Shown: piece after piece, positions 32,269 to 43,374 of the stretch
How positions within the stretch are numbered: position 1 is the first letter of the stretch
Layout of the letters: each line of letters starts with the position of its first letter
Assembly (NCBI RefSeq): GCF_018260405.1
Contig: NZ_JAGLBG010000003.1
Span: 13,910-77,909, forward strand
Source: Deinococcus sp.
GTDB lineage: Bacteria > Deinococcota > Deinococci > Deinococcales > Deinococcaceae
DNA length: 64,000 nt
Direction of reading: 5' to 3'
Made by a program: the position numbers and the translations under genes
Notes under the pieces: generated by a model
What the model was told of the DNA's origin: nothing
Databases searched by the model: none
Seen by the model: the letters and a program-made list of their open reading frames with translations, nothing else

Positions 32269-32451
32269 TTAACCAGATCGTCGCTGATGTCGTAAGTATC
32301 GTCGTTGGGCGACTGATAGACCGGGGAGAGCCGCAGCACGTCTACGCCCAGTGCGCCGAGATAATCGAACTTGGCCGTCACGACGCGCAGGGTCGCCTAC
32401 ACCGTTTGGCAGGTAGACTTGATAGACGACGCTCTTTTCCCACCATTCCAT
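32269..32451 (-). pseudogene. Decayed 5' remnant of a GH13 oligo-1,6-glucosidase/alpha-glucosidase
   Basis: MEWWEKSVVYQVY..NGVGD in one frame and KFDYLGALGVDVLRLSPVYQSPNDDTYDISD in another; deletions and a frameshift. Confidence 0.8.
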
Positions 32452-32496
32452 GTCGTTTTCTATCCTATGCCCGAGGAGCGAAAGAGTGGCATTCTT

Positions 32497-32633
32497 AGAG
32501 CATTTTGCAAAAAGATGGTGCTCTTTTGACCCTCTTTTTGCCGAGTGGAACGAGTGAAAAAGAAAGAGTAGGACGTAGAATGAAGGGGGCGGCGGTGTTG
32601 TTCCGACGTGCCCGTAATTTGGAGAACTGCTCT
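32497..32633. repeat. MITE-like small noncoding repeat, about 137 bp
   Basis: AGAGCA...TGCTCT inverted ends; first ~54 bp nearly identical to 59203-59255. Confidence 0.7.
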
Positions 32634-32825
32634 TTCTCTGCGATTTGCCTCAGCCCTTTTGGCGTCACACAGACGGTCAACCTTACCGTTACTCCGGGAG
32701 CACCTCTTTATAGTGAACCGGCACAGCATGGTGAACCGGACGCCGCCAGGTGGTCTTCGCCGGTCAACCAGTGAAAAGAAGGTAAGTACTGATGGTATCT
32801 CATCGGGTCGTTCTCTGGGGAAAAT

Positions 32826-34439
32826 ATGGATCAGCACAATTTCGACTACATCATCGCTGGCGGGGGCACAGCAGGCTGCGTCCTGGCCAACCGCCTGACG
32901 GTAGAGCGCGATGTGCGGGTGCTGCTGCTGGAAGCCGGGCCGCCGGACTCCAACCCTATGATCCATCTGCCGCCCGGCTACGGCTTTTTGCTGGGACGCT
33001 ACGATTGGCGCTTTGCCACGACCCCGCAGCGGCACTGTTATGGGCGCCGGATTCCACTGGCGCAGGGGCGGGTCATCGGGGGCGGGGGATCGGTCAATGC
33101 CCAGGTATTCACGCGTGGGCAGCCCGGCGACTACGACGAGTGGGCCAGCGAATACGGCTGTGTCGGCTGGAGCTTCAAAGACGTGCAGCCGTATTTTCTT
33201 CGTTCGGAGGGCAATGCACGGCTCGGCCCGCCGTGGCATGGGCAAACTGGTCCACTCAAAGTTTCGGATCCGGCGACGCTCAATCCCCTGAGTGCCGCCT
33301 GGATCGAGGCGGCGCAGCAGCACGGCCTGCCCTACAGTGACGACTTTAACGGGGCTACGCAGTACGGGGTCGGCCCCTATCAGACGACGACTTACCGGGG
33401 CAAGCGCTGGAGTACCGCCTCGGGCTACCTGCGCCCGGCGCTTCAGCGGCCTAACCTGACGCTCAGAACGGGCCGCCGACTGACCCGGTTGCTGCTGGCG
33501 GGCGATCAGGTCTACGGGGTCGAGGTTCTGAACGCGGGCGGACAGCGCGAGCAGTTCTTTGCCAGCCGCGAGGTGCTGGTGACGGCGGGGGGCCTCGGTT
33601 CTCCCCGCCTGCTGATGCTTTCGGGCATCGGCGACCCAGCCGACCTTCGGGCGCACGGAGTCGTGCCAAAAGTAGACTTGCCGGGCGTCGGTCAGAATCT
33701 GCATGACCATTACGCGGTTCATGTGGTGTGTCAGGTGGGGCAGCGCCTGGGCATCGATCAATACAGGCGGCTCCGGCGCGACACGCTGCGGGTGGGCCTC
33801 GACTACCTGCTGCGGCATTCTGGCCCGGCGTCTTCTACCGGGGTGGAAGTCGGCGGCTTTTCCTACTCTGGGCGCCGACCCACGCAGCCTGACCTGCAAC
33901 ACCACTTTCTACCAGCCCTCGACGGCCAGAGCGCCGGTTCCCTGGTGCCGCCGGGCTACGGTTGCAAGTTCGACACCAACTTTTCGCGCCCGCGCAGCCG
34001 TGGACGGCTCAGCCTGATTTCTGCCGACCCGCTAGATTCGCTCCAGGTTGATCCCAACTATCTGGCCGACCCGCTGGATCTGGAAATGAATGTGCAGGCC
34101 CTCGAACAGTGTCTCGATATCGTTTCGCAGCCTGCCCTGGCGCGGTACGGCACCAGGGTGCTCAGTGAAGGGCACGACCTGAGCCTGCGCTCGGGGCGGG
34201 AAAACTATGTGCGCGGGCTGGGGCGCTCGGCCAGCCATCTGGTCGGCACCTGTGCCATGGGCGCGGGCCAGATGGCCGTGGTCGATCCGCAACTGCGGGT
34301 TCACGGCCTGCGCGGCCTGCGAATCTGCGACTCCTCGGTGATGCCCCGGCTGATCAGTTCCAACACCCAGGCCCCGACAGTCATGATTGCCGAAAAAGCC
34401 GCCGATCTGGTACTGGGAAAAGTCGCCCCTCCGGACTGA
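32826..34439 (+). CDS. GMC-family oxidoreductase (choline dehydrogenase-like)
   Basis: DYIIAGGGTAGCVLANRL, GRVIGGGGSVN, LMLSGIG, VGQNLHDH, HLVGTCAMG, SSNTQAPTVMIAEK. Confidence 0.92.
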   Translation: MDQHNFDYIIAGGGTAGCVLANRLTVERDVRVLLLEAGPPDSNPMIHLPPGYGFLLGRYDWRFATTPQRHCYGRRIPLAQGRVIGGGGSVNAQVFTRGQPGDYDEWASEYGCVGWSFKDVQPYFLRSEGNARLGPPWHGQTGPLKVSDPATLNPLSAAWIEAAQQHGLPYSDDFNGATQYGVGPYQTTTYRGKRWSTASGYLRPALQRPNLTLRTGRRLTRLLLAGDQVYGVEVLNAGGQREQFFASREVLVTAGGLGSPRLLMLSGIGDPADLRAHGVVPKVDLPGVGQNLHDHYAVHVVCQVGQRLGIDQYRRLRRDTLRVGLDYLLRHSGPASSTGVEVGGFSYSGRRPTQPDLQHHFLPALDGQSAGSLVPPGYGCKFDTNFSRPRSRGRLSLISADPLDSLQVDPNYLADPLDLEMNVQALEQCLDIVSQPALARYGTRVLSEGHDLSLRSGRENYVRGLGRSASHLVGTCAMGAGQMAVVDPQLRVHGLRGLRICDSSVMPRLISSNTQAPTVMIAEKAADLVLGKVAPPD

Positions 34440-34546
34440 TCCGGACGTTAGAAGGGTGAGCAGTTCGCAAAGAGGGGAGGGCGTGACCTGCGCGGATGGA
34501 CAGCGGATGAACCTTGAGCGCCAACCCGCAGCGTCCCAGTTAAACA

Positions 34547-34582
34547 GGCGGGGACACTCCGTTCAAATGGAATGTCCCCGCC
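34547..34582. terminator. Hairpin between the convergent GMC and APC genes
   Basis: GGCGGGGACACTCC ... GGAATGTCCCCGCC. Confidence 0.65.
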
Positions 34583-34644
34583 GTCTAGTGTCTGCATGGT
34601 TCAAGTGTCTGCGTGATTCAGTTGTCTGCTTGCGCCCCAGGAAT

Positions 34645-36837
34645 TTAGCCGCCGACGTGAACGATAGGGCGACGGGCCCGGTCCGGCTCGGCTCGGCGCA
34701 GAATCTCGCGGGTAATCGGCGGCACGTCTCCGCGCCCGCCAATCAGGAAGTCCATCAGCAGATGAATGGGGTCTTCTTCGGTCCAGCGCATGTAGACCTG
34801 CGGGGGCACACCGTCGCCGCGCAAATTGAGCATCACGGCGGCGATGGTGTTGGGAATGCTGGAACCACGCGCCTTGAGAATACTGTACGGGCCGACCATC
34901 AAGCCGGAAACTTCGACCACGTCGGTAAATTCACTGGCGTCGTCCAGTTCGATTTCCAGGAAGATAAAGGGTTCGTCGGCGGGCAGGTGAACCATCTGGC
35001 GCACGCCCATTTCCTGCTTGCTGTACTCATCAATGGTGGTGCGGCCCGGGTGATGCGACACCAGACGAATAGGCCGCACCGGAAAATGACGCAGGAGGGT
35101 TTTGGCCGATTCGTCGAACTCTACGCTGCTGACGCGCAACTCGAACGAGCGCGAGGCCCGCGAAGTCACCCCGACGCTCAGCACCAGAGCAATAAACACC
35201 AGAGCGATATAGAGGCCCTTGGGATCGCTAAGAACCGTGACGGCGCTGGTGTAAATAAAGATGGCGCTGATGATGCCGAACATGATGGCCTCGGCCCGGT
35301 GCTTGCGCCGCAGTGAAATCAGGGTCACGGCGACAGCGGCGCTGGTCATCATGGCGAGCACGCCCGTGGCGTAGGCGGCGGCCTGCGCGTCTACATTGGC
35401 CTTAAAGACCAGCGTGACCGTAAAGGCGATCACCACATACAGCAGCACCAGCGGGCGGTGGGCGCGGCTCCAGTCGGGGGCCATGCCGTAACGCGGCAAA
35501 AAGCGCGGCACGATATTAAGCAGTCCGGCCATGGCCGAGGCCCCCGCGAACCAGAGAATCAAGATGGTCGAGATGTCATACGCCGTGCCGAACGCCCCGC
35601 CCAGCCGCTCGTGCGCCAGGTAAGCCAGGGCGCGTCCGTTGGCTTTGCCTGCCGGGGTCTCCACATAAACTTTGGTGGTCGGGCCTTGCGGCGTCACCGT
35701 GACGTTAATCGGCATCTGGCCGCCCACCGTATCCGCCTGCAAGGTGTAAGTTCCCCTCTGAGCCGCTGGAATGTGCAGGGTATAGACGTCGCGTGGGGTG
35801 TTCGGATTGTCCAGTGGCACGTTCACGGTGGCCCGGCCAGCTTGCAAGTCCGACGAATTGACCTCATGCGTCACGCTGGTTCCGGCCCAGAATTCGTGGC
35901 GGGGAATAAGCAGTGTGGTGACCAGCGACGAAGTGACCAGGAGCACGCTCATGATGCTGGCGGCCGTGGTCAGCAGTTTCTGGCCGTTGCGAATGCGCCC
36001 AGCAGGATTGGCCTCGGTATCGGTGGCGTCGCCCTGAACCAGAGGCATGACCACCACGCCCGTCTCGAAGCCCGAAAGCCCCAGGGCCAGTTTGGGAAAG
36101 ACCAGCAGCGCCGCGCCGATCAGGGCCAGGGGAGAGCGAAAGCCGGTGCTCAGCATGTCGCGCCAGTGGCTGATCACCTCAGGGTGCGCGTTGATCTCGG
36201 CCAGACCTTTAAGAATAACGACCACGCTAAGGCCCAGGTAAACGCCGACCAGCACCACGGCAATCCCAACCGCTTCCTTAAAGCCTTTGAGAAAGACCGC
36301 GCCGAGCAGCGCCAGCATAACGAGCGTGACCGCCACCTGTTTACCGCTCAGTACGCCGCTCACCAGCGGGTTTTCGACCAAGTGCGCCGCCGCGTCGGCA
36401 CCCGAGAGGGTGATGGTGATGATAAATCCAGTCGCCACGAAGCCGATCAGAATCAGAACCAGAATCTTGCTCGGCCAGTACGACAGCAGCCGCTCGAGCA
36501 TACTGATCGAGCCGTCGCCGTGCGGGCTTTCGACGGCCACGCGGCGGTACATGGGCAGCGCCCCGAACAGCGTGACCAGCACCAGCACCAGCGTGGCGAT
36601 AGGGGCTAAAATCCCCGCAGCCAGCGCCGCAATGCCGGGCTGATACCCCAGCGTCGAGAAGTAATCCACCCCCGTCAGGCACATGACCTTCCACCAGGGT
36701 TCGGTGTGAGCGTGGGCCTTGACCTCACTCTCATTTTCGTAAAATCCCTCGGGCTGTGGCGGGGTTTCTTCTTCCTGTAAAAGCCACTTACTGAGGCGGG
36801 CTTTCAGGGAACTTGGTGGGGGATACGGATCAGGCAT
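34645..36837 (-). CDS. APC-superfamily amino-acid/cation transporter with soluble insertion
   Basis: [55 protein letters not shown]; leaderless TACTCT-N7-ATG. Confidence 0.85.
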   Translation of the reverse strand: MPDPYPPPSSLKARLSKWLLQEEETPPQPEGFYENESEVKAHAHTEPWWKVMCLTGVDYFSTLGYQPGIAALAAGILAPIATLVLVLVTLFGALPMYRRVAVESPHGDGSISMLERLLSYWPSKILVLILIGFVATGFIITITLSGADAAAHLVENPLVSGVLSGKQVAVTLVMLALLGAVFLKGFKEAVGIAVVLVGVYLGLSVVVILKGLAEINAHPEVISHWRDMLSTGFRSPLALIGAALLVFPKLALGLSGFETGVVVMPLVQGDATDTEANPAGRIRNGQKLLTTAASIMSVLLVTSSLVTTLLIPRHEFWAGTSVTHEVNSSDLQAGRATVNVPLDNPNTPRDVYTLHIPAAQRGTYTLQADTVGGQMPINVTVTPQGPTTKVYVETPAGKANGRALAYLAHERLGGAFGTAYDISTILILWFAGASAMAGLLNIVPRFLPRYGMAPDWSRAHRPLVLLYVVIAFTVTLVFKANVDAQAAAYATGVLAMMTSAAVAVTLISLRRKHRAEAIMFGIISAIFIYTSAVTVLSDPKGLYIALVFIALVLSVGVTSRASRSFELRVSSVEFDESAKTLLRHFPVRPIRLVSHHPGRTTIDEYSKQEMGVRQMVHLPADEPFIFLEIELDDASEFTDVVEVSGLMVGPYSILKARGSSIPNTIAAVMLNLRGDGVPPQVYMRWTEEDPIHLLMDFLIGGRGDVPPITREILRRAEPDRARRPIVHVGG

Positions 36838-36970
36838 GATGGCCAGAGTATTCCCCGGTGAGCAGGGAAAAGAAAGGGGGCCAGTTATGAATGGCGATTT
36901 AAGTCAAGGTGAACGGAGGTTTACTCTTGAGGGTTTTCATACTAATCAGACTTAGTTCTAAAATAAGCGT

Positions 36971-37921
36971 ATGTCTGGTGAACTCGTTCCTGTCCAAACT
37001 GCCCTAAGCTTTGCCGACCTCACCGACCAGAGCTTAAGAGTTCGGGCCGTCGAGGCGGCGGCCACTTACGACACCGGAGCGCTGGTGCTGGTGCTGCTGG
37101 CTTACATGTCCACGTCGTCTCGCAAAAGCGCACGCACCAGCCGCAAGACTCTGGACGCCTATTCGCTGGCCGTGCGGGATTTCGTTCCCTGGGCTAGCGA
37201 GAACGGCATGTCGCTGCTGCGCCCAGGCAAGCGGGATGGTGGGCGCTACCTGGCTCACCTGCAACGGAGGCCTACGGCGGGCAAAGGCAAGCAGGGAGTG
37301 CTGTCGGCGGCCACTATCGCCCAGTACACGGCGGGCGTGCGGGCACTGTACCGCGCCCTCCGCTGGGCGGGGGCCACTGAAGCGCAGCCCTTTGAAGATG
37401 TGTACGTTCCCAGTGACCCCACGCCTGGCATCGTCAAGAACCCGCCTTATATGGAAGAAATAGACCCTGTGCTGCTTCAGGCCGGGCCACGTCTGGAGGC
37501 CCTGATTGTGCTGTGTTCCCACGCTGGCCTACGCGCAAGTGAAGCGCTGGCTGTCCGGCAGGGCGATGTTCAGGGCCGCACCCTGGTGGTTCAGGGCAAA
37601 GGTGGAAAGGTCAGAAGGGTGCCACTGGGAGCGCGGGTCAGGAAGGTGCTGGAAAGCCTTAGCCCAGTGGATACGGATGGTCACTATTTTGACTGGGATT
37701 ACGGGCAGGCCGCCTACCGCGCCACAAAAGCCTTCAAGGCTGCTGGGTTCGAGTGGCGCGGCTTCCACGCCGCCAGAAAGCACTCAGGCACGCGGCTCTA
37801 TCAGGCGACACGGGACTTTACACGGGTGGGGCTCTTTCTGGGGCATTCCTCGGTCGATACCACGCGCCGCTACGTTGCAGTGCAGGATAACGATGTCGCG
37901 GGTGAGGTCGAGGACTGGTAA
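36971..37921 (+). CDS. Tyrosine recombinase/integrase with intact catalytic residues
   Basis: HAGLRASE (R), GKGGK (K), HAAR, LGH, TTRRY; leaderless TAAAAT-N6-ATG. Confidence 0.9.
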   Translation: MSGELVPVQTALSFADLTDQSLRVRAVEAAATYDTGALVLVLLAYMSTSSRKSARTSRKTLDAYSLAVRDFVPWASENGMSLLRPGKRDGGRYLAHLQRRPTAGKGKQGVLSAATIAQYTAGVRALYRALRWAGATEAQPFEDVYVPSDPTPGIVKNPPYMEEIDPVLLQAGPRLEALIVLCSHAGLRASEALAVRQGDVQGRTLVVQGKGGKVRRVPLGARVRKVLESLSPVDTDGHYFDWDYGQAAYRATKAFKAAGFEWRGFHAARKHSGTRLYQATRDFTRVGLFLGHSSVDTTRRYVAVQDNDVAGEVEDW

Positions 37922-38107
37922 GCGGCTGGCAGCCAGGGGCGCAGACAGGACGGGAGCGCGGCGGTATAGCCCTGGTACACTTATGCCCTACATCAGTACA
38001 CAGGAAGCCGGGACAGCAGGCGGCCCCGAAACCCCAGCGTCCCTGAACCCACAGGCAAAATGCTCTAGAGTAAATTCACCCCAATTGCGGCGCACAGGAG
38101 GACGTTT

Positions 38108-39274
38108 ATGAAGCCTTACATGGTTGGCTGGTCACATCTGCCTTTCGGCAAACACCCCGAACTGGACCTTGAAGCCCTGATTACGCACTCGGCACGCGGC
38201 GCACTGCAAGACGCGGGGCTGGCCGCCGGGCAGGTGGACGGCATCTGGCTGGGCCAGCTTAACGGCGGTTTTGTGCCTGACAATTTCTGTGCCTCGCTGG
38301 TGCTTCAGGCCGACGACGAATTGCGCTGGACGCCTGCTACGCGTGTCGAGAATGCCTGCGCTTCCGGGGCCGCAGCCATTGACGCCGCTTGCAACGCTAT
38401 TGAGGCGGGCCGCGCAAAGGTCGCCCTGGTTGTGGGAGCGGAGAAGATGACCGGCATTTCCGGCCCCGAGGTGACGCGCGTGCTGGGCAACGCCTCTTAC
38501 GTGCGCGAAGAAGCCGCCATCGGACTGACCTTTCCCGGCATCTTTGGCATGATCGCGCAGCAGTACTTTGAGCGCTACGGCGACCACTCCGCGACCATGG
38601 CCCGCATCGCCGCCAAGAACCACGCCAATGGGGTTCGCAACCCCTATGCCCAGATGCGTAAGGATCTGGGATTTGACTTTTGCAACACCGTGTCCGACAA
38701 GAACCCCATGATTGCCGCGCCGCTGCGGATGACCGACTGCTCTCTGGTTTCCGACGGAGCCGCCGCGCTGGTGCTGGTCGACGAGTCGCTGGCCGACCAG
38801 TTTCCGCGTGCGGTGGGGTTCCGGGCCAGGGCGCAGGTCAACGACTATCTGCCGATGTCGCGCCGGGACGCCGCCTCGTTCGAGGGGCCCCGCCGGGCCT
38901 GGGAGCAGGCACTGAATCAGGCGGGTTGCAACGTGCATGACCTGTCGTTCGCCGAAATCCACGACTGCTTTACCATTGCCGAACTGCTCACCTACGAGGC
39001 GATGGGGCTGGCCGGGCCGGGCCAGGGCGAGCGCCCGCTGCTTGACGGCACGGTGTACCCTGGCGGCGCACTGCCCGTGAACCCGTCGGGCGGCCTGAAA
39101 GCCAAGGGCCACCCCATCGGCGCAACCGGCGTGTCGATGCACGTGCTGTCGGCCATGCAGCTGTGCGGTGAGGCCGGAGATCTTCAGGTGCCGGGGGCCA
39201 AACTGGCCGGGGTGTTCAACATGGGCGGCTTGGCGGTCGCCAACTACGTCAGCATTCTGGAGCGCCGCCACTGA
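38108..39274 (+). CDS. Thiolase (SCP2-type acetyl-CoA acetyltransferase)
   Basis: RVENACASG, KNH.NG..NP.A, DCSLVSDGAAA, EIHDCFT, GGLKAKGHPIGATG. Confidence 0.9.
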   Translation: MKPYMVGWSHLPFGKHPELDLEALITHSARGALQDAGLAAGQVDGIWLGQLNGGFVPDNFCASLVLQADDELRWTPATRVENACASGAAAIDAACNAIEAGRAKVALVVGAEKMTGISGPEVTRVLGNASYVREEAAIGLTFPGIFGMIAQQYFERYGDHSATMARIAAKNHANGVRNPYAQMRKDLGFDFCNTVSDKNPMIAAPLRMTDCSLVSDGAAALVLVDESLADQFPRAVGFRARAQVNDYLPMSRRDAASFEGPRRAWEQALNQAGCNVHDLSFAEIHDCFTIAELLTYEAMGLAGPGQGERPLLDGTVYPGGALPVNPSGGLKAKGHPIGATGVSMHVLSAMQLCGEAGDLQVPGAKLAGVFNMGGLAVANYVSILERRH

Positions 39275-39413
39275 ATCTGGCCCCTGCCTGCTTGACGCAG
39301 TTCGACTTTCCAGACTCGCCGCCCAGGGACAACTGCTGTGCGGTGCTCAAGGCCCGACTCCGCGCCCGTTTTCGCCCAGTATCCAGCCTCATGCTCTCCC
39401 CTACCCCTAAGAG

Positions 39414-40208
39414 GTGAACGAAGTGAATCTGAAAGGCAAAACCGCGCTAGTGACCGGCTCAACCCAGGGCATCGGTCTAGCGGTCGCCCAGGCCCTGGCC
39501 CGCCAGGGAGCCGACCTTGCCCTGCACGGCCTGTGTACGGTGCAAGAAGGCGAGGAGCAGGCGGCGTTGCTCAGTCAGGACTGGCAGGTACGGGTACGCT
39601 TCATGCCCGCCGACCTGAGCAACGCCGCCGAGGCGAGGGCGCTGGTCGGACAGGTGAGCGCTCACCTTGGCGGTCTGGATATTCTGGTTAACAACGCGGG
39701 CATCCAGCACACCGCGCCCGTCGAGTCGTTCCCACTGGAACAATGGGACGCGGTTCAGGCGATCAACCTGCGTGCCCCGTTCCTGCTGACCCAGGCCGCC
39801 GTGCCGGAACTGCGGCGGCGCGGCTGGGGCCGCATCGTGAACGTCGCCTCGGTACACGGACTGGTCGGCTCGGTGCACAAGGCGGCTTATGTGGCGGCCA
39901 AGCACGGGCTGGTCGGGCTGACCAAGGTGGTGGCGCTGGAAACGGCGACCGACCGCATCACCGTCAACGCCATTTGCCCGGGCTGGACCGAAACGCCACT
40001 GATCGAGCCACAGATTCAGGAACGCGCCGCCAGGCACGGCGGCGACCGCGACGCCGGAGTACGCGACCTTCTGGCGGCCAAGCAGCCGAACCTGACCCTG
40101 CTGCCCACTGCGCTGATCGGTGAAGTGGTGGCCTTTTTGTGCAGCGAGGCCGCTAGCGGCATCACAGGAGCCGCGCTGCCGGTAGACGGTGGCTGGACCG
40201 CCCAGTAG
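39414..40208 (+). CDS. bdhA: 3-hydroxybutyrate dehydrogenase
   Basis: [45 protein letters not shown]. Confidence 0.88.
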   Translation: MNEVNLKGKTALVTGSTQGIGLAVAQALARQGADLALHGLCTVQEGEEQAALLSQDWQVRVRFMPADLSNAAEARALVGQVSAHLGGLDILVNNAGIQHTAPVESFPLEQWDAVQAINLRAPFLLTQAAVPELRRRGWGRIVNVASVHGLVGSVHKAAYVAAKHGLVGLTKVVALETATDRITVNAICPGWTETPLIEPQIQERAARHGGDRDAGVRDLLAAKQPNLTLLPTALIGEVVAFLCSEAASGITGAALPVDGGWTAQ

Positions 40209-40372
40209 AGGCGGCTCTGTGTGGTAGAGGCAGCTCTGTGTGAGGGCGGCTGACGCGCTGGCATCGCATGTCAGGAAATCACGGTGCGGGCACAAGCCAC
40301 TGCTGTACAAGTCGTGGGCTTAATTCTTTGTTGGGACATGACCCGCTTTCTCGGCGCCCTGGGTTTTGCGCC

Positions 40373-40391
40373 TATAATTGCAAATTGCAAT
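40373..40391 (+). promoter_or_regulatory. -10 TATAAT overlapped by the perfect palindrome ATTGCAA-A-TTGCAAT (OhrR-type operator)
   Basis: TATAAT 40373-40378; palindrome 40377-40391, 17 nt upstream of the ohr ATG. Confidence 0.6.
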
Positions 40392-40408
40392 CAATAAGGA
40401 GAATCCAG

Positions 40409-40858
40409 ATGACCCAGACCGAGCAACCCCAGACCGAAATGAAGAAACTGTTCACCACGTCCTCTATTGCCACCGGTGGCCGCAACGGCGACGTGTACCT
40501 GGGTGAGCAGCGCCTGCACCTACAGACCCGCCCCGCCCACAGCGAGCGTGAAGGCACCGACCCCGAGGAGATGTTCGGAGCGGGCTACGCGGCCTGTTTC
40601 CTCTCGGCCCTGGGTGAGGTGGGCCGCCGCCAGAGCGTGAACACCAGCGCGGCGCAGGCCAAAGCGTTTGTCAGCCTGTACGCCAAAACCGAAACCCAGT
40701 ACGTGCTGGGCGTGGAACTGCACGTCTATATTCCCGAGCAGACCGCAGAAAAGACCCACGAACTGCTGGAAATCGCCCATCAGGTCTGCCCGTATTCCAA
40801 CGCCACTCGCGGCAACATTGAAGTCAAGCTGGTCGCCGAAACCGCGCCGCTGCTCTAA
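40409..40858 (+). CDS. ohr: Organic hydroperoxide resistance protein
   Basis: ATGGRNG, GTDPEEMFGAGYAACF, AHQVCPYSNATRGNI; RBS AAGGAG. Confidence 0.92.
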   Translation: MTQTEQPQTEMKKLFTTSSIATGGRNGDVYLGEQRLHLQTRPAHSEREGTDPEEMFGAGYAACFLSALGEVGRRQSVNTSAAQAKAFVSLYAKTETQYVLGVELHVYIPEQTAEKTHELLEIAHQVCPYSNATRGNIEVKLVAETAPLL

Positions 40859-40949
40859 GCTGAGTCTGAACCTGGGCCCCTAACCTTGCGGGCCGTGAGC
40901 CACCAACACACTCTGGTGCTTACGGCTCTATCCCATTTCTGGAGATGTC

Positions 40950-42554
40950 ATGGTGATTCATAAACTGACTGCCGTTTCTATTGCAGGTCTGCTGGGCAGC
41001 GCTTGTGCGCAGCTCTCGCTCACGCCGCTGCCTGCCGCTGCGCCTGACCCGGCCACCCGGATAACGGCCCCTGCTGGCCCGCTGGTGGGGTCAATGGCCA
41101 ATGGTCTGAGCGTCTGGGAAGGAATTCCCTACGCTCAGCCGCCGGTCGGGGCGCTGCGCTGGCGCTCGCCTCAGGCGCTGCCTGCCTGGACTCAGGAGCG
41201 CCCGGCCCTGCAACCCGGCGCGGCCTGCCCGCAGTACCTGAGCTTGCCTGGACAGACGCAGGGCATAGTGCGCGGCGCAGAAGACTGCCTGTTCCTGAAT
41301 ATATACGCCCCGGCCAACGCCAAAAACCTACCCGTGATGGTCTGGATTCACGGCGGCAGCTTTACCACTGGCGCGGGCAGTGATTACAACCCCCGGACTC
41401 TGGCCCGCGAGCAGAACGTGGTCGTGGTGACGCTGAACTACCGCCTGGGAGCGCTAGGCTTTATGGCCTTGCCTGGGCTGGAAGAAAACGGGTCGGTCGG
41501 GAACTATGGCCTGCTTGACCAGCAACTGGCCCTAAAATGGGTGCGCCAGAACATCGCTGCATTCGGTGGCGACGCGGCTAACGTGACTGCTTTCGGCGAG
41601 TCGGCAGGCGGCATGAGCCTGTGCCAGCACCTGCTGATGCCGGGTGCCCGTGGCCTCTTTGACAAGGCCATTATTCAAAGCGGCCCCTGCCTGGACGCGC
41701 AACTGACCGCGCCGCGCAACGTGGCGGTGGAAAAGAGCATCAGCGCGGCTGAGGCCCTGGGCTGTACGCCTGCCGACGCCGCCTGTTTACGTGCGATCCC
41801 GCTGGAAAAAGTGGTGCAGGCTCAGCCCAAGGGATTGCCCGCCAATGTCGCTTTCCCGCCGCTGTACGGCGACCCCACGCTGCCCGCGTCGCCTAACGCT
41901 GTGTTCCGCCAGGGGGGCAGTCCAGCAGCGGTGGCTCCCGTGCCGCTGCTGATAGGCAGCAACCAGGACGAGGGCACTATCTTCGCGGCCTTCGCCAGTC
42001 AACCGGGGCGCGATCTCAACCTGGCGGAATATCTGGGCGCCAACTATGTCTTTGGGGGCATCAGCGCCGTCTTCAAGGGGCTGAAATACTACCCGCCGCA
42101 TAACTACCCTACCCGTGCGCTGGCTGCCGCTACGCAGGCCACTGACAGTCTCTTTGCCTGCCCTACCAGCGATCTGGCCCGTGGCCGCAGCGCACAGGTG
42201 CCGGTCTACGCCTACGAGTTTCGTGACCCTAGCGTGCCATACAACCAGTACCTGCAACCCAGCGTCGCCGTGCCAAGCTTTGGGGCCTACCACTCGGCAG
42301 AGGTCGCGGGCATCATGGGCGCTTCGGCGGCCCTGGGCGACTATTCGCGCTTCTCGGCGGCGCAACTGGCCCTCAGCCGAACCATGCGGACCTACTGGGC
42401 CAACTTCGCCCGCACGGGAAATCCTAACGGCGCAGGTCTCACCGAGTGGCCCCGGCTGAACGCGGCAGGCAGCAACGTGATGGCTTTCCACCCCGAGAAG
42501 GTCGGCGTGGTGGGCGATTTCCGCACCTCTCATCAATGCGAGGTCTGGCAATGA
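40950..42554 (+). CDS. Secreted type-B carboxylesterase
   Basis: Signal peptide; GIPYA.PPVG.LRW, EDCLFLN, WIHGG, FGESAG, YW.NFARTGNPN. Confidence 0.92.
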   Translation: MVIHKLTAVSIAGLLGSACAQLSLTPLPAAAPDPATRITAPAGPLVGSMANGLSVWEGIPYAQPPVGALRWRSPQALPAWTQERPALQPGAACPQYLSLPGQTQGIVRGAEDCLFLNIYAPANAKNLPVMVWIHGGSFTTGAGSDYNPRTLAREQNVVVVTLNYRLGALGFMALPGLEENGSVGNYGLLDQQLALKWVRQNIAAFGGDAANVTAFGESAGGMSLCQHLLMPGARGLFDKAIIQSGPCLDAQLTAPRNVAVEKSISAAEALGCTPADAACLRAIPLEKVVQAQPKGLPANVAFPPLYGDPTLPASPNAVFRQGGSPAAVAPVPLLIGSNQDEGTIFAAFASQPGRDLNLAEYLGANYVFGGISAVFKGLKYYPPHNYPTRALAAATQATDSLFACPTSDLARGRSAQVPVYAYEFRDPSVPYNQYLQPSVAVPSFGAYHSAEVAGIMGASAALGDYSRFSAAQLALSRTMRTYWANFARTGNPNGAGLTEWPRLNAAGSNVMAFHPEKVGVVGDFRTSHQCEVWQ

Positions 42555-43369
42555 CCCTCTCCCCTGCGGCCTACCCCTCCCTGCTGGGCGGCACCACGTT
42601 CCTGCGGCCCGATGTGGTGCAAGTCCGCCTACCCATCGTCAATGCCTATTTCCTGGGACAGCCGGGCGGCGAGTGGGTGCTGGTGGATTCCGGCACGCCG
42701 CTGGACGCTGGCTTTATCGGGCGGGCGGCCCAGCAGATTCACGGCTCACGTCCGCCCAGCGCCATCATCCTGACCCATGGCCACGTTGACCACGTGGGAA
42801 GCGTCAAACGGCTGCGGGAGGCGTGGCCCGTGCCGGTGTACGCCCACGCCACCGAACTTCCCTTTCTGACTGGGCAGGCTAAATATCAGCTGGGTGGGCG
42901 CAGCAGCGCGGCCCCTGACCTGCGGCCCCACGTTCACGCCCTTCCTGGCGACGGCAGCGTGCCCCACCTGCCGGGCTGGCGCTGGGTGCCCACGCCGGGA
43001 CACACTCCGGGGCATCTGTCGCTGTGGCGTGAGGCCGACCAGACCATCATCGTGGGCGACGCCGTCAGCACCGCGAATGCACGCAACCCGGTCAACCTGT
43101 TCACGGGCGAACCGGCCCGCATCTCGCACGCTTTTCTGTACCAGTCACGCAGCGACGGGCGTGCATCGGTAGGCCGCCTGGCCGACTTGACTCCCGAATT
43201 GCTGGCGGTTGGGCACGGCAAGGCGTTGAGCGGCCATGATCTGGGCGCGGCACTGCGGGAGCATCAGGCGCATTTTGACGACCCCGCCCCGCACTCCTCG
43301 GCGTTGCCTCTGTTGGCGCTGGCTGCGGGTACCCTGGGCCTGCTGTACTGGCTGTCCCGCGAGCGCTGA
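42551..43369 (+). CDS. Metallo-beta-lactamase-fold hydrolase with C-terminal membrane anchor
   Basis: LTHGHVDHVG, PGHTPGH, GDA, GHG; hydrophobic C-terminus; ATGA overlap. Confidence 0.88.
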   Translation: MTLSPAAYPSLLGGTTFLRPDVVQVRLPIVNAYFLGQPGGEWVLVDSGTPLDAGFIGRAAQQIHGSRPPSAIILTHGHVDHVGSVKRLREAWPVPVYAHATELPFLTGQAKYQLGGRSSAAPDLRPHVHALPGDGSVPHLPGWRWVPTPGHTPGHLSLWREADQTIIVGDAVSTANARNPVNLFTGEPARISHAFLYQSRSDGRASVGRLADLTPELLAVGHGKALSGHDLGAALREHQAHFDDPAPHSSALPLLALAAGTLGLLYWLSRER

Positions 43370-43374
43370 GTCGG

